From Chloroflexota bacterium (lineage in GTDB: Bacteria > Chloroflexota > Chloroflexia > Thermomicrobiales > UBA6265), in contig JAFAEX010000098.1 of NCBI GenBank assembly GCA_023423795.1, positions 14,620 to 78,619 on the forward strand: a DNA stretch of 64,000 bases. Direction: 5' to 3'. Within the stretch, counting starts at the first letter, position 1, and every line of letters starts with the position of its first letter. Positions 62,560 to 64,000 of this stretch are shown one piece after another. Made by a program: the position numbers and the translations under genes. Under the pieces are notes generated by a model. That model made no database searches, was not told where the DNA came from, and saw only the letters and a program-made list of their open reading frames with translations.

Positions 62560-62753
62560 GGTGCGCGAGGATACGGGCGGGTGGGCCGGGCTGTAAACGA
62601 TGCCTTGCTCGTAGCGTGACCGGGAAACGGCCCCAGCGCCCTTCCTGAGCCGAAAATGCGGGGTTCGCTCCTTGGATCGATCTGCAATTTGCGGTGTATT
62701 GTCCGCAATGCCGGGATTGAACGGGTCGCGTCCGGTGCGTTCGAGGGGGGATC

Positions 62754-63581
62754 ATGCAGCGTTCGGGATTGAGGAACGTGTGCTCCGCGGTGGCGCTCGC
62801 CGCGTCAGTCGTCGTGGCTGGACTGGCGTCCGCAACGAACAGCGAGGCTCAGGCCGCCCACTGGCAGCCGACCAAGGGTCTCACGTGGGAGATCCAGATC
62901 AGTTCCACACCCAAGCGGATCAAGCCGGTGCAGGCCTACGACGTGGACCTGTTCGAGACGCCGCAGGCCAAGTTGAACGAGATCGAAGGACGCGGCATCA
63001 AGACGATCTGCTACTTCAGCGCCGGGTCCTACGAGCAGTGGCGGAGCGACGCGAAGCAACTCGCGCCGTATCGCGGCGCCAAGTTGAAGGGCTGGCCGGG
63101 CGAGTGGTGGATCGACATTCGGAAGCCTGAAGTCCGCGCGGTGATGGAAGCGCGACTCGATCTCGCGGCGCAGAAGGGCTGCGACGCGGTCGATCCGGAC
63201 AACGTCGATGGGTACCAGAACAAGAACGGCCTCGGGCTAACGGCCGCCCACCAGGCCGATTACCTCAAGTTCCTCGCCGAAGAAGCGCATGAGCGCGGGA
63301 TGGCGATCGGGCTGAAGAACTCGGTGGAACTCATTCCGCAGGTCGTCAACGACTTCGACTTCACCGTCAACGAGGAGTGCTTCGACTACCGCGAGTGCGG
63401 CACGCTCAAGCCGTTCATCGACGCCAACAAGCCGGTCCTCCAGATCCAGTACGGCGACAAGGCGAAGGACCGAAAGAAGGCAGCGAAAAAGTTCTGCAAG
63501 CAGGCCAACAACCTCGGGTTCTCGACCCTGATCAAGGGCTGGGACCTCGACGCGAAGGGCATCGACTGCACGAAGCGGTAG
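62754..63581 (+). CDS. Secreted glycoside hydrolase family 114 (endo-alpha-1,4-polygalactosaminidase-like)
   Basis: Signal peptide MQRSGLRNVCSAVALAASVVVAGLASA. Motifs: ICYFSAGSYEQWRSD...GWPGEWWIDIR...GCDAVDPDNVDGY...GLKNS...FDFTVNEECFDYREC. Confidence 0.82.
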   Translation: MQRSGLRNVCSAVALAASVVVAGLASATNSEAQAAHWQPTKGLTWEIQISSTPKRIKPVQAYDVDLFETPQAKLNEIEGRGIKTICYFSAGSYEQWRSDAKQLAPYRGAKLKGWPGEWWIDIRKPEVRAVMEARLDLAAQKGCDAVDPDNVDGYQNKNGLGLTAAHQADYLKFLAEEAHERGMAIGLKNSVELIPQVVNDFDFTVNEECFDYRECGTLKPFIDANKPVLQIQYGDKAKDRKKAAKKFCKQANNLGFSTLIKGWDLDAKGIDCTKR

Positions 63582-63612
63582 GACCGTTTCGCCAGTTGAA
63601 AGGAGCGCGGTC

Positions 63613-63969
63613 ATGGCCACCGACGCGGCTCGCCGCAAGGACCTCAAGCAGCAGTACCGGGAAAACCCGCCGCAGGCCGGGGTCTACCGGATCGTGAACG
63701 AGGCGACCGGCAAGGCGCTGCTGAAGGCGACGGCGAACCTGCCGGCGGCGGCGAACCGGCTGGCGTTCGCGCAATCGACGGGTTCGCTGTCGGCGCTCGA
63801 CCAGCGGCTGCGACGGGATTTGGGGGAGGCGGGCGTTTCGGCGCTCCGCTTCGAAATCCTCGACGTGCTGGAGGTGGAAGCGGGAACCGCGGGGGCGGAC
63901 GTTGCCGGCGATCTCGACGCGCTGGAGGGCCTCTGGCGCGAGAAACTGGATCCGGCGACGCTCTACTGA
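63613..63969 (+). CDS. GIY-YIG domain family protein (small, stand-alone)
   Basis: Motifs: KQQYRENPPQAGVYRIVNEATGKALL...NRLAFAQ...RFEILDVLE...LEGLWREKL. The layout matches the stand-alone GIY-YIG proteins I know. Confidence 0.65.
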   Translation: MATDAARRKDLKQQYRENPPQAGVYRIVNEATGKALLKATANLPAAANRLAFAQSTGSLSALDQRLRRDLGEAGVSALRFEILDVLEVEAGTAGADVAGDLDALEGLWREKLDPATLY

Positions 63970-64000
63970 GGTCCGGTTGCCAATCCTGAACGCAATGGCG

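Overview
GC-rich, gene-dense bacterial chromosomal segment with about 55 protein genes. I recognised no rRNA, tRNA, CRISPR array or transposase. Most genes are housekeeping: class II ribonucleotide reductase nrdJ, ispG, rseP, ald, a Xer-type recombinase, glyQS, mutY, coaE, an ABC-F ATPase, lysA, rpoD, obg, plsC, cmk, rluB, rph, rarA, tsaC, uvrC and nth. Metabolic modules include a sugar ABC transporter with otsA, a thuA / Gfo-Idh-MocA / FAD-oxidase cluster, a three-subunit selenocysteine formate dehydrogenase, a cysM-cysO-JAMM sulfur-carrier operon, and an M42 peptidase / amidase operon. Many long ORFs in the supplied track are antisense or upstream-extended artefacts of the GC-richness, so I trimmed starts by hand. 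Three real features are missing from or split in the track. These are an edge-truncated MoaD-MoaE fusion (1-590), a 57-codon ORF (51335-51508), and the FDH alpha subunit, which is split by an in-frame TGA (Sec). The most unusual signal is non-coding. Two diverged, oppositely oriented copies (28461-28733 and 48697-49087) of an AT-rich element are bounded by inverted arrays of 11-bp tandem units. Each carries a conserved hairpin and a GCGTACGTACGC palindrome. I do not recognise this family. A REP-type hairpin family with compensatory arm substitutions is also scattered through intergenic DNA. Other points worth follow-up are an aminotransferase-fold protein lacking the PLP lysine coupled to a metallophosphoesterase, an AtzG/AtzE-like amidase operon, rluB without a canonical start codon, apparent leaderless starts, and a roughly 890-bp gene-free stretch upstream of nrdJ. 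The organism cannot be assigned from this window. All homology calls come from reading motifs by eye, not from searches.
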